From Tricharina praecox (lineage: Eukaryota), in assembly GCF_024521635.1 (NCBI RefSeq), contig NW_026250413.1, forward strand, positions 1,175,375 to 1,195,374: a DNA stretch of 20,000 bases, given 5' to 3'. Below the pieces are notes generated by a model. It saw nothing but the letters and a program-made list of their open reading frames with translations. It did no database searches and was not told the origin of the DNA. Each line of letters opens with the position of its first letter. Position 1 is the stretch's first letter. Positions 10,028-19,850 of this stretch are shown here, piece by piece. Made by a program: the position numbers and the translations under genes.

Positions 10028-10033
10028 AAATCC
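9974..10033 (-). promoter_or_regulatory. -1 frameshift signal of element B with predicted H-type pseudoknot
   Basis: G GAU UUU immediately before the gag UGA, then a 5-nt spacer. Stem 1 is GGCCCCAG / CUGG(AC)GGCC; stem 2 is loop UCCGCA pairing with downstream UGCGGA. Confidence 0.75.
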
Positions 10034-12027
10034 TCCGGCTCACTCTCATTCCTTTCCCAGAATGGAGGGGCCTCCGTCATTGCTTCATCCTCCACCACAA
10101 CCGCCGCAGCCTTGTGTTGCTTGGACCTCGGTCGAGTGGGTTCGGCATCCTGGGTGTCCCGCTTTCTCTTTGTCACGGATGACACCTTTGGACTTTCGGG
10201 GAGTTCGGTACCCGCGACTGTTTTTCTGGCGTAGCATTGGAAGGTTCGGTGGCCGTCTCGTCCGCAACGCCAACAGTCGCACTTGGATGCTTTGTGGGCA
10301 TCGATCTCCTTCTGGGGAACCCCTACCAGAGCCTCCTTTGCTCCTGCGTAGATGTCCCCTTCCCTTGTCCTTCCCTTCCTGACTCCTGTTGCTTCCTTGG
10401 CCTTTCGGCCCTCCGGGGACTCCCCGCTTTCCTTGCGGCCCCCGGGGTCTCTGCCCTTTCCTTGGCCCTGCCGGCCGTTGCCAGGTCCCTTCCGGTCGCC
10501 GCCGGAACCCTGGCTACCCGATCCCCCTTTCCTCATTGCCCTTGCCTTTTTCAGCGCGTCCCGTCGTTCCACATGGTTACCAGCCCTGAGCACCGTTTCC
10601 AGGAAGTCTTCATCGTCTTCGTAGGGTTCGGTGTGCTGGTTGAAGCACATATCGACGATGTCGGTAGTCATGGCCTGGTTGACTATGTCTTGTAGCGGTT
10701 CGCCGGTGGCGCGAGCGATCATGTTGAGCGATCGGAAGGAGGTCATGTAAGCCTGAATGTCTCCTTTGTATTCGAGGGCCCACATCCTTCTTAATGCGTT
10801 CGCTCCTTCCTGCGTGTCGCGGTACGCCTCCTTGAGTGCCTCTTGATACGCCTGCCAGGTATCTTCCAAGTGTAGCTGTCTCAGGCTTTTTCGACGGGCC
10901 TGATGCCATTCTGCCGCTGTCCCTTCCAGTCGGGATCCCACCCACGCTATCTTCTGCTGCTCGTTTGTCTCTGGGTGGAACTCAAGATATTCTTCAACTG
11001 AGTCCCACCATGGACGGAAGGCTGTTCTTTGCTTGCCATCGAACGGCTTGGGCTCTTTCATTTTAAGCTTGATGGCCCTCGGGTTCGATGCGGAGACGGC
11101 AGCAGCGATGATCCGAGCGAAGCGACTCTCTTGATCTTCGTCGTTTTCTCTTGGTAGCGGGGCGTTTCGGTGACGGGGCGGCGAACGACGCGGCAAGGGG
11201 ATGGAACCGTCATCATCCGATGGTTCCTCATCCGAGGGATCACCTCCAAGGTTAGTCACCGGACGTCTTGGGGGTGGAGGAGGAGGGGACATTCCTGCAC
11301 CTGCCGGAGTTTCCCTTGTTGCTGACCTTTCTGCCCGCGATCCTCCTCTTGGGGTGGTGTTTACCCACTCTGGGGCCTTTTCCTTCGCCTTCCCTGTCCT
11401 TACCTCTACAGCCTTCAATTTGTTCTCTGCTCGAGCGATTTTTTCCTTGATTCGCTGTTGCTCCTTGTAGAGGTATTCTGCCTTCTCTTCCTGTTTCCCT
11501 GCCCAAATTTCCACGTTGCGGTTGTACACCGCTTGCTCCCTGCGTTGTTCGACTTGCGCCGTTTCGAGGAACACAATGGCGTCTTGTAGCCGAGCGTTTG
11601 CGACGCTTTGCAACTCGCGGTTGTCTTCGTCTTTCTGGTTACGTTCTCGAATGACTGCCCATACGTCGCTGCTCAGGGCGTGCGTCGCGTTCGCTACCGT
11701 TGACAGCTCGGTTCGAAGCCATTCTGTATTCATTTCGGCATTGTGAGCGTAGAGGTTGTACACATACTTGACCCCATCGCAGAGTTGTTCGTAGTTCCTT
11801 CTGATTTCCTGCATTCGGGAGTCCTCTTCGTTGAACTTCTGATCGCATGCTTGGTAAAGCTGGCGCAGGTCTCTTTGTGCCGTTTGGTATTGGTGGTTCA
11901 TCAGCCTGAGCCAGGCTGCCGGGTTTCGTACTTCGATGGTTTCGGATGCTTGCGGGATGCTAACGAGCGCATTGCTCAGGGTCTGAGGAAGTTCGAGGCG
12001 GAGCATGTCGAGGTTTGAGGAGGACAT
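10024..12027 (-). CDS. gag: Gag of element B (667 aa)
   Basis: ATG 40 nt after the 5' LTR. Helical N-terminus, poly-Pro, KEPKPFDG capsid-like domain and CCHC knuckle CWRCGRDGHRTFQC. Confidence 0.94.
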   Translation of the reverse strand: MSSSNLDMLRLELPQTLSNALVSIPQASETIEVRNPAAWLRLMNHQYQTAQRDLRQLYQACDQKFNEEDSRMQEIRRNYEQLCDGVKYVYNLYAHNAEMNTEWLRTELSTVANATHALSSDVWAVIRERNQKDEDNRELQSVANARLQDAIVFLETAQVEQRREQAVYNRNVEIWAGKQEEKAEYLYKEQQRIKEKIARAENKLKAVEVRTGKAKEKAPEWVNTTPRGGSRAERSATRETPAGAGMSPPPPPPRRPVTNLGGDPSDEEPSDDDGSIPLPRRSPPRHRNAPLPRENDEDQESRFARIIAAAVSASNPRAIKLKMKEPKPFDGKQRTAFRPWWDSVEEYLEFHPETNEQQKIAWVGSRLEGTAAEWHQARRKSLRQLHLEDTWQAYQEALKEAYRDTQEGANALRRMWALEYKGDIQAYMTSFRSLNMIARATGEPLQDIVNQAMTTDIVDMCFNQHTEPYEDDEDFLETVLRAGNHVERRDALKKARAMRKGGSGSQGSGGDRKGPGNGRQGQGKGRDPGGRKESGESPEGRKAKEATGVRKGRTREGDIYAGAKEALVGVPQKEIDAHKASKCDCWRCGRDGHRTFQCYARKTVAGTELPESPKVSSVTKRKRDTQDAEPTRPRSKQHKAAAVVVEDEAMTEAPPFWERNESEPEDF

Positions 12028-12052
12028 TTTCGATAGAAATCGGTGACTGTAA

Positions 12053-12064
12053 CCTTAAGATTAT
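12053..12064 (-). promoter_or_regulatory. Self-priming PBS of element B
   Basis: Sense ATAATCTTAAGG, 2 nt after the 5' LTR, is perfectly complementary (12 nt) to sense CCTTAAGATTAT in the LTR at 12156-12167. Confidence 0.85.
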
Positions 12065-12066
12065 AG

Positions 12067-12755
12067 TGTGAGACTGGGACGGGTTTGTGTCGTCGGAGTC
12101 TATAGTAAAATCGAGGATAGAATAAAAGTCAGGGATTTCGATAATTCACAACGGAATAATCTTAAGGGTGTTTCTTCGATGGTTTGTTCGGTGCGATGAT
12201 TGTGTTTTGTTCGGTTGCCCGCTCGGTTCGACTTATAGTCGTCCCGATCCTCAGCACGTGATTCCTCTAGAGTGCGGCCTAACGTAGCTCCGTTGCTTCC
12301 TTTGCATCGGAGTTCCGCGGCCTAGCCTTGAGTCGTCGTCAGCTCTCTTCGGATAGTCTTCTCGACTAGGCAGGTGGTAAACACCACGCGCCCAAGATAG
12401 ATCGGGGTTTCCGAGCAATTATCTCCCTCATGCGCCGGCAGAGTTCTTCGCTCGAAGTTGTCTGCCCCCATCGGTCGATGTTCGATTCTCTCGTCATAAC
12501 AGTTTTTTCCTGGATCGGAGTTCCTACTGCGGAGCCCTATGATCGGAGATCTCAAAGTCCTCTGGACTGTTATCCCGATCTCCCGCATCTCCGATCACTG
12601 TCTAGACTCTGGAATCCGTTTGCTCCCTCCTTCCTATCTTGTCTTTGATCGCTTCTAACTATCCTTTCGGCTCGCAACTCTATTCTAATCACCCGAACTA
12701 TCTAATCACATCTCTTGCGACCGTCGTGTCCTCCGATACCTATCGGGGTGTCACA
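12067..12755 (-). repeat. 5' LTR of element B
   Basis: Direct repeat of 5387-6075, with TGTGA/TCACA termini. Confidence 0.97.
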
Positions 12756-12760
12756 GACAA

Positions 12761-13174
12761 GGACTACGGCGCAGACGGCAGCCGAGGCAAGGACAGAGGT
12801 AACAGTGATTGAATTAACAAGTTGATGCGTGAAGAACTAAATACAGAGGGGCAACGGCCCGTTTATATAGAAAATCCTCCACTTCTTCCCGCAACCTGAC
12901 AATGACCGTGGGCGTGTGCCAGACCCTGAGAAATCCACCTTGCCAGTACCCCACTTCCGTGACTCATACCCTGCGCAGCCGCACTACCCCTGCTTCCTGC
13001 ACACAGCCCCAATCTCCTGCGGCTCATTGCTGCGCTATCCCTGCTCCCTGCACACAGCCTCAAATCCTCTGCGACTCATCCTTGCACTGCCGGTGCACTG
13101 CCTCTGCACTGCCCCCCAACTCTCCCGGTCCTTGTGCCGACCCTCCCTTCGTCATTCCATCGCGAGCCGTGACA
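12761..13174 (-). mobile_element. A-family solo LTR (A'), U3/R part
   Basis: Continues 5242-5386 across the GACAA TSD. Ends CGCGAGCCGTGACA (reverse complement of the LTR A start); right TSD GAAAC at 13175-13179. Confidence 0.93.
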
Positions 13175-13179
13175 GAAAC

Positions 13180-15428
13180 CTTGATGCGACTGTCCGGTGC
13201 AAAGTATTTTACAACACTGGATATCCGCGGTGCTTACAACCTGGTACAAATGGCAGAAGGGGAGGAATGGAAAACGGCTTTCCGGACCCGCTACGGACTT
13301 TTCGAATCATTGGTAATGCCTTTCGGGCTAACCAACGCGCCAGCCGACTTCCAAGCCCTGATCAACGACATTTTACGACCGTTCCTGGACGGCTTCTGTA
13401 CCGCCTTCCTAGATGACGTCTTTATCTACAGCGAGTCACTGGAAGAACACCGAAAACAGGTCACCAAGGTGCTACGCGCCCTTTCATCGGCCGGACTGCA
13501 CTTGAAACCGGAGAAATGCCACTTCCACCAGACGGAGGTCAAATACCTGGGCCTGATCATAACCACTGAGGGTATTGAGATGGATCCTGCCAAAGTCTCT
13601 TGCGTACTCGAATGGGAAAAACCGACGACGGTCACGGATGTGCAGTGTTTTTTGGGCTTCGCGTACTTCTACCGACGCTTTATCCAGGACTACTCCAAGG
13701 TGGTATCTCCCCTGACGGCAATGACAAAAAAGGAAAATGGGAAGTACGTCCCCTTCGAATGGGGTATTGACCAACAGCAAGCCTTCGACACTCTCAAGAC
13801 TGCCTTCACTACCGCCCCGATACTCCGACATTTCGACTACGACCGAGAAATAGTGGTGGAAACTGATGCCTCGGATTACGTATCGGCCGGTATTCTCTCC
13901 CAGTACGACGACGATGGAATCTTGCACCCGGTTGCCTTCTATTCAAAGAAACACTCCCCGGCGGAATGCAATTACGAAATTTACGACAGAGAATTGTTGG
14001 CAATCATTCGGGCCTTTGAGGAATGTAGACCACACCTTGAAGGAGCCGCGCACCCGATCCAAGTCCTGAGCGGCCACAAGAACTTGGAATACTTCATGTC
14101 AACCAAGTTGCTCAACCGCCGGCAAGCACGATGGTCGGAATTCCTGTCCCGTTTCGACTTCAAAATCGTCTATTGACCTGGTAAAGCAGGAGGGAAACCG
14201 GATGCATTGACAAGGAGGTCAGGAGACCTCCCTAAGGAGGGGGATGAAAGACTGTTGGCAAACCAACAAGCAGTCCTCAAGCCCCAAAACCTGCCGGAAG
14301 AATTGAGATTGTCAGCAACCAACCCGTTGGAAGTACCCCGTCCCGCACTCTCTACCCTGATAACCGAAGCATATCAGGCAGATCCAGCACCGAACAAGAT
14401 CCTCCAACTGCTCAGAAACGGAACACGCCACTCGAAGGACATCTCGCTCGCCGACTGCAGCGAAGTCAACGGACAATTACATTACCGCGATTGCCTCTAC
14501 GTTCCTGAACACGACCCACTCAGACTTCGCCTGATCCAGGACCACCACGACCCGCCGGCTATGGGCCATCCCGGAAGAGCAAAAACCTTGGAACTCCTGG
14601 CCCCGAACTACTACTGGCCCCAGATGCGGAAGGACGTTGACTGATTCGTGAGGAACTGCCACACTTGCAGACGAACCAAAGCAACAAGACACGCCCCCTA
14701 CGGTGTGCTCCGCCCACTCCCAGTACCCGAGAAACACTGGCAACATATATCCGTCGACTTCGTAACCGGACTCCCTCCCTCAAAAGGATTCGATGCCATT
14801 TGCTTATTTGTGGACCGCCTCACCAAGCAACGACACCTGCTCCCCTGCAACACGACCATCACCTCCGAGGGACTCGCCGAACTGTTCTGCGATCGGATCT
14901 TCAGATACCACGGACTACCTGACACCATCGTATCGGACCGGGGCCCCCAGTTTGCCTCACGATTTTGGAAACATCTGTGCTCTTGCCTCAAGAACGACGC
15001 ACGGCTCGCCACGGCGTTCCACCCGCAGACAGATGGTCAAACAGAGAGGATGAATGCGGTAATGGAACAACACCTCCGGGCATACGTGAGCTACCTGCAG
15101 GACGACTGGGTCGGCTACCTGTTCTTAGCAGAGTTCGCTGGCAACAACCAAGCATCCGACACCACTACCCTGTCCCCGTTTTTTTCTAACCTAGGCTACC
15201 ACCTCCGTTGCGACTTCGAGCTTGACATCCGAACCGACACGAACGAAGAGCGACAGGCGCAGACAGCGGCAGAGCGACTCCAGCAGATCCACGACGTTGC
15301 CCGAAGTGAGATGCGCTACGCCCAAGCACGGCAGCAGGACAACATGGACCAGCACCGAACCCCCGCACCGGCCTTCCAGCCTGGACATATGGTATGGGTG
15401 GACGGCCGAAACTGGCGGACGGAGCGAC
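13180..15428 (+). pseudogene. pol: pol of element A, 3' segment (RT core, RNase H, integrase); TGA stops at 14174-14176 and 14642-14644; truncated before the GPY/F module
   Basis: Motifs [23 protein letters not shown] and VDF...SDRG...QTER. Three ORF-track pieces lie in one frame. Confidence 0.93.
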
Positions 15429-16165
15429 TGTGAGACTGGAACGATTTCGGTCGTCGGAGTCGATTGATAGAATGGGGTTTAGAATGAAAATAGATAGTAT
15501 TCTTTTCACAAGCGGAATAATCTTAAGGGGTAGTGTCGATGGTTTTCTGGTTGCTGATTCTGATGATGAATCTTTCGCCGTGTTGTCGGAAGTCTATATA
15601 GTTGGGTGATTTGGTCGGGTCACGTGCCAGCCGTTGCCGTAGCTTGTTGCCGGATGGAACCCTGGCGTGAAATCTCTGCACCTGGTGCGGAGACTTTCTC
15701 CACCATGTCATCAGAGTCGTCGTTAGCCTTCAGGAGAGTTTATACAAACTAGGCAGGTATGGCGCACCAATCCTTACCCGAGCATAGTCCGGTTTCAGCT
15801 ATCTTTTCGCTGGGCAACGGCTGCGCCTTTCGGCACGGCTCTTATTTGCTTAAGACGCGAGAAGAGGCGCAACACTCGCCATAGTGGTTTTTCTCCGATC
15901 AGAGTTTTTCTCTGCGCTTGTTCGCGATTCGCCTGCCTCAAGTCGAGCATGACTGTATCGGACTTTTCGTGCGTATCGCTGCGCCTCTGATCCCACCTAG
16001 ACTCTGGTTCCATTTGCTTCCTTCCTTCCTATCTCGTCTCCGACTAGCTACGACTAATCTAAAGGTTTTCCTCCTGCTCCCCGATCTATCTAACTATTTT
16101 TCCCGAACTTCCGTTGGTAAGAAGCCGAACCCTGAAGCCGGGCCGACTGCGACCAGGGTGTCACA
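15429..16165 (-). repeat. 3' LTR of element C (737 bp)
   Basis: TGTGAGACTGG...GGGTGTCACA termini like the B LTR; interior diverged but shares ATAATCTTAAGG and CTAGACTCTGG blocks. Confidence 0.9.
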
Positions 16166-16180
16166 CCATCTCCCCTCTCC
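16166..16180 (-). promoter_or_regulatory. Polypurine tract of element C
   Basis: Minus strand GGAGAGGGGAGATGG adjacent to the LTR. Confidence 0.88.
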
Positions 16181-16300
16181 GACGCTTTCGTCCCGAAGCG
16201 TGCTGAGTTCTATCTAGTCTATATACGGTGAATGCAGTCCTCCAACCCCTGCATCCTACTATCGCTCGGCTCAAGAGAAAAACCCAGTGGGAAAAAACTC

Positions 16301-18374
16301 TCAGTCTTCTGTGAGCCGATAGTCCCTCGGTGCGTCCGGATTCTTGCGGTGGAATTCCCGCAGTTTCTCCCGGCCACCTACTGAAAAGTTGTCGAAAGGC
16401 TCATGAGTCCAATCCCGTTTACTGGGATAGTTGAGCCATTTCACGAGGTAGAGTACGCGCCGTCCTTTCTTGGTGCTACCCATAACTTCCTCGACATCGT
16501 ATTCCTCGTTGCTCTCGACGTCATCCGCTTCACGGAGTATTTTCGACGGGCCGGGGGGATCTCGGTTGCCTGGTCGGTAGGGTTCGACAAGCGAGACATG
16601 GAAGACATTGTGTATCTTCCATTTCCGCGGTAGCGTGAGCTTGACGGCGAGGGGGGAAACGATCTTCTCGATTTGGAACGGACCATGATTTTTGTGGTCC
16701 AGTTTCCTCGAGGGGCGGCGGGTTTGTATATTCCGTCCGCTGAGCATTACCAGGTCTCCTACCTGATAAGCGGGGGCCTCTTGGCGACGTTGGTCGGCGT
16801 AGCGGCGCATGCGTTCCTGTGCTTGCTCAAGCGCCTTGATGGTCTCCTCGTGCACAATCTGCATCCAGTGCGCATAGACCGTGCTGTCGGGGTTGAGGGG
16901 GTTCGTCGCAGCAGGTCCGCTAGCTGTTGGGTGAAATCCGTATTTCGCGTAGAACGGCGAGAATCCAGTAGCCGTGGTGACCGAGTTGTTGTAGGCAAAC
17001 TCAGCCATGGGAAGGAGGCTAACCCAGTCGTCTTGGTCTTTGTTGACGAAGGAGCGGAGGTATGCTTCGATCGTCTGGTTGAGGCGTTCTGTTTGCCCGT
17101 CTGTTTGGGGGTGAAACGCCGTAGACATCCTTGCCTTGATGCCTAAAAGCTTCATAAATTCCTTCCATGTATCCGACGTGAAGCGGGAATCTCTGTCCGA
17201 TACAATATCCGTGGGTAGGCCGTGGAAGCGCCAGATTTCGCGGGCAAAGATTTTCGCGAGGTCGCTGGCTGTCTTGCCGTCCTTTCGTAGGGGAATGAAA
17301 TGCGCCATCTTGGTGAATCGGTCGATGACTACCCAGAGTTGGTCGCATTCCTCGGACTCGGGTAGATCAGTTATGAAGTCCATAGCGATGGATTGCCATG
17401 GAGCGTACGGCAGTTCGAGGGGGTTTAGGAGTCCATAGGGTTGGTGTCGCGCTGTCTTGTTTTTTTGACATTCAGGACAGCCACGCACGAAGTCGATGAT
17501 GGCTTCGTCCATTTTTGGCCACCAAAAGTTGCGTCGAATCAACTCAATCGTCTTGTCCTGGCCCATATGGCCGGCAACTTTGGTATCGTGCTCTGACTCC
17601 AGGATCTGCTGGATCAGGCTTTGGTTGTTCGGTATCCACAACTTCTCCTTCCGGTACACACATCCATCTTCCACCCTCAGTATCCCGGCCTTTCGGCTCA
17701 TCCGTTCAGAGTCTCTGCTCCGAACGGCATCCTCCTTGACCTTGCGGTCATTCGGCACGGAATTCCCACGTGCCGCTACCTCCTTACCCTTTCCGGTATT
17801 CGGCTCCAGTTCCTCAGAAGCCGCTTCACCAACGGTTTTGAGAGCTTTCTCCCACTCAGCGTCAGATCCTCCCTTCTGGCGCACCAATTCCAAAAACTCC
17901 AAAGACCATTTCCGTGTTGGGGTAGAGGTTAGCCGTACCGACGAGATCAGAAACGAGATACCGTGTCCAGCTGTGCTGATCGAAGAGACATTGTTCTTTC
18001 CTGCAAAGTGTTTTCCGTGCAGGATTGTCTTGATTGGTTGATCCTCACCCCCCCCTTTTTCAGGGCGGTATTCCGGGCGCCGGGAAAGAGCATCAGGTTT
18101 TCCATTCTGGTTTCCGGGTCGGTAGTAGATCTTGAAATTGATGCCGGCGAGCTCCTGTGCCCATCGTGCCTGGCGTCGATTGAGTACTTTTGTGGTTGTG
18201 AAGTACTCGAGGTTCTGGTGATCGCTAAAGACTTGCACCTGATGCTGTGCGCCTTCGAGGTATGGTCTCCAGTGCTTGAAAGCGTCGACAATGGCGAGTA
18301 GCTCTTTGTCGTGGATTTCGTAGTTGATTTCCGCGGGAGACAATTTCCTCGAATGGTAGGTGACAGGGTGCAGT
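16301..18374 (-). pseudogene. pol: pol of element C, 3' segment (RNase H C-part, integrase, chromodomain)
   Basis: Open frame with intact D-D-E (QTER), GPF and chromodomain. Joins the 19072-19850 segment as EEGRL|HPVTYHSRK after the solo LTR is removed. Confidence 0.93.
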
Positions 18375-19066
18375 TGTGACACCACGATAGGTATCGGAGG
18401 TCTCGACGGTTGTAAGAGATGTGATTAGATAGTTCGTGTGATTAGAATAGACTTGCGAGCCGAAAGGATAGTTAGAAGCGATCAAGGACAAGATAGGAAG
18501 GAGGGAGCAAACGGATTCCAGAGTCTAGACAGTGATCGGAGATGCGGGAGATCGGGATAACAGTCCAGAGCACTTTGAGATCTCCGTTCATAGGGCCCCG
18601 CAGTAGGAACTCCGATCCAGGGAAAAACTGTTATGACGAGAGAATCGAACATTGACCGATGGGGGCAGAGAACTTGGAGCGGAGAACTCTGCCGGCGCAT
18701 GAGGGACATATTTGCTCGGAAACTCCGATCTATCTTGGGCGCGTGGTGCTTACCACCTGCCTAGTCGAGAAGACTATCTGAAGAGAGCTGACGACGGCTC
18801 AAGGCTAGGCCGCGCAACTCCGATGCAAAGGAAGCAACGGAGCTACGTTAGGCCGCACTCTAGAGAAATCACGTGCTGAGGATCGGAACGACTATAAGTC
18901 GAACAGAGCGGGCAACCAAACCAAAAACTACAGTCATCGCACCGAACACACTATCGAAGAAACACCCTTAAGATTATTGCGCTGTGAATTATCGAAATCC
19001 CTGACTTTTATTCTACACTCGGTATCACCATAGACTCCGACGACACAAACTCGTTCCAGTCTCACA
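18375..19066 (+). mobile_element. B-family solo LTR (B', 692 bp) inserted antisense into pol of C
   Basis: Reverse complement of the B LTRs with scattered differences. TG..CA ends; TSD GCAGT at 18370-18374 / 19067-19071. Confidence 0.96.
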
Positions 19067-19071
19067 GCAGT

Positions 19072-19850
19072 CTTCCTTCTTCATCCTTCTGGGATAGGAC
19101 GGCACCGAGGGCAAAATCCGATGCGTCTGTTTCAACGATAACTGGTTCATTGGGTTGGAAGTGGGCCAGTATCGGAGCGGTAGTGAAGCGTTTCTTCAGA
19201 TCGTCAAAGGATTTTTGCATCTCGGGCGTCCATTGCCAATCCTTCTTATCGCCTTTCGTAGACTCCGTCAACGGGCGTGCGACCCTTGAGCAGTCCTTGA
19301 TAAGGCGGCGATAGAAGTTAGCGAAGCCCAGAAAGGATTGAACGTCTCGCAGGGACCGGGGTACTTCCCACTCGAGCACACTTCCCACTTTGTCTCCTGC
19401 CATCTTGATTCCTTCTCGGCCCACTATGTAGCCGAGAAATTCGACCTTATGCTTCCTCCACTCGCATTTTTCCGCTGATACGGCCAGTTTGTTCGCCGTC
19501 AGACATGGCAGGACCTCTTTGACTATTTCATCATGCTCCGCCCTGGTAGAGGCGTAGATGAGAAGGTCGTCAATATAGGCAACGAGGCCGAGATCAATCA
19601 TATCCCGGAAGATATGATGAATCATGTCCTGTAAGGTAGCAGGTGCGTTGGACAGTCCGAACGGCATAAGTAGAAATTCGTAGAGGCCATAACGTGTTCG
19701 GAATACTGTCTTCCACTCGTCCCCTTCCGTAATGCGTACCAGGTGATACCCATTCTTCAGGTCAATCTTGGTGAAGAACTGTGCTCCACGGATCCTGTTT
19801 TGTAGTTCAGACATGAGTGGGAGTGGGTATCGATTGGCGACAGTGACGCG
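19072..19850 (-). pseudogene. pol: pol of element C, RT core and RNase H N-part, cut at RVTVANRYPLP
   Basis: Motifs KIDLKNGYH, MPFGLSNAP, YIDD and ETDASD. The frame continues upstream of the listed Met to the telomere junction. Confidence 0.93.

Larger units (their letters stand above)
5387..12755 (-). mobile_element. Full-length young Ty3/Gypsy chromovirus, element B (7369 bp)
   Basis: Two 689-bp TG..CA LTRs, TSD GACAA (5382-5386 / 12756-12760), uninterrupted gag and pol, PBS and PPT. Confidence 0.98.
2331..15428 (+). mobile_element. Ty3/Gypsy LTR retrotransposon A; degenerate, interrupted by nested insertions, 3' end missing
   Basis: 5' LTR, gag, then pol in PR-RT-RH-IN order. pol reads through once 5242-13179 is removed ([23 protein letters not shown]). 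It ends within the integrase C-terminal region where LTR C starts. Confidence 0.95.
15429..19850 (-). mobile_element. Ty3/Gypsy chromovirus C (sister family of B), 5'-truncated by the telomere array
   Basis: 3' LTR, PPT and a pol closely similar to B pol. gag, protease and the 5' LTR are absent. Confidence 0.95.

Noticed and set aside
12902-14176. 424-aa ORF as a novel RT fusion protein
   Set aside because: The first ~91 codons are the antisense strand of solo LTR A' running by chance into pol of A. The RT N-terminal motifs lie 8 kb away, and the RNase H SDH motif is mutated to SGH (14072-14074).
16301-18385. 694-aa ORF as a stand-alone integrase gene
   Set aside because: The start codon lies inside the inserted solo LTR; this is the distal half of an interrupted pol.
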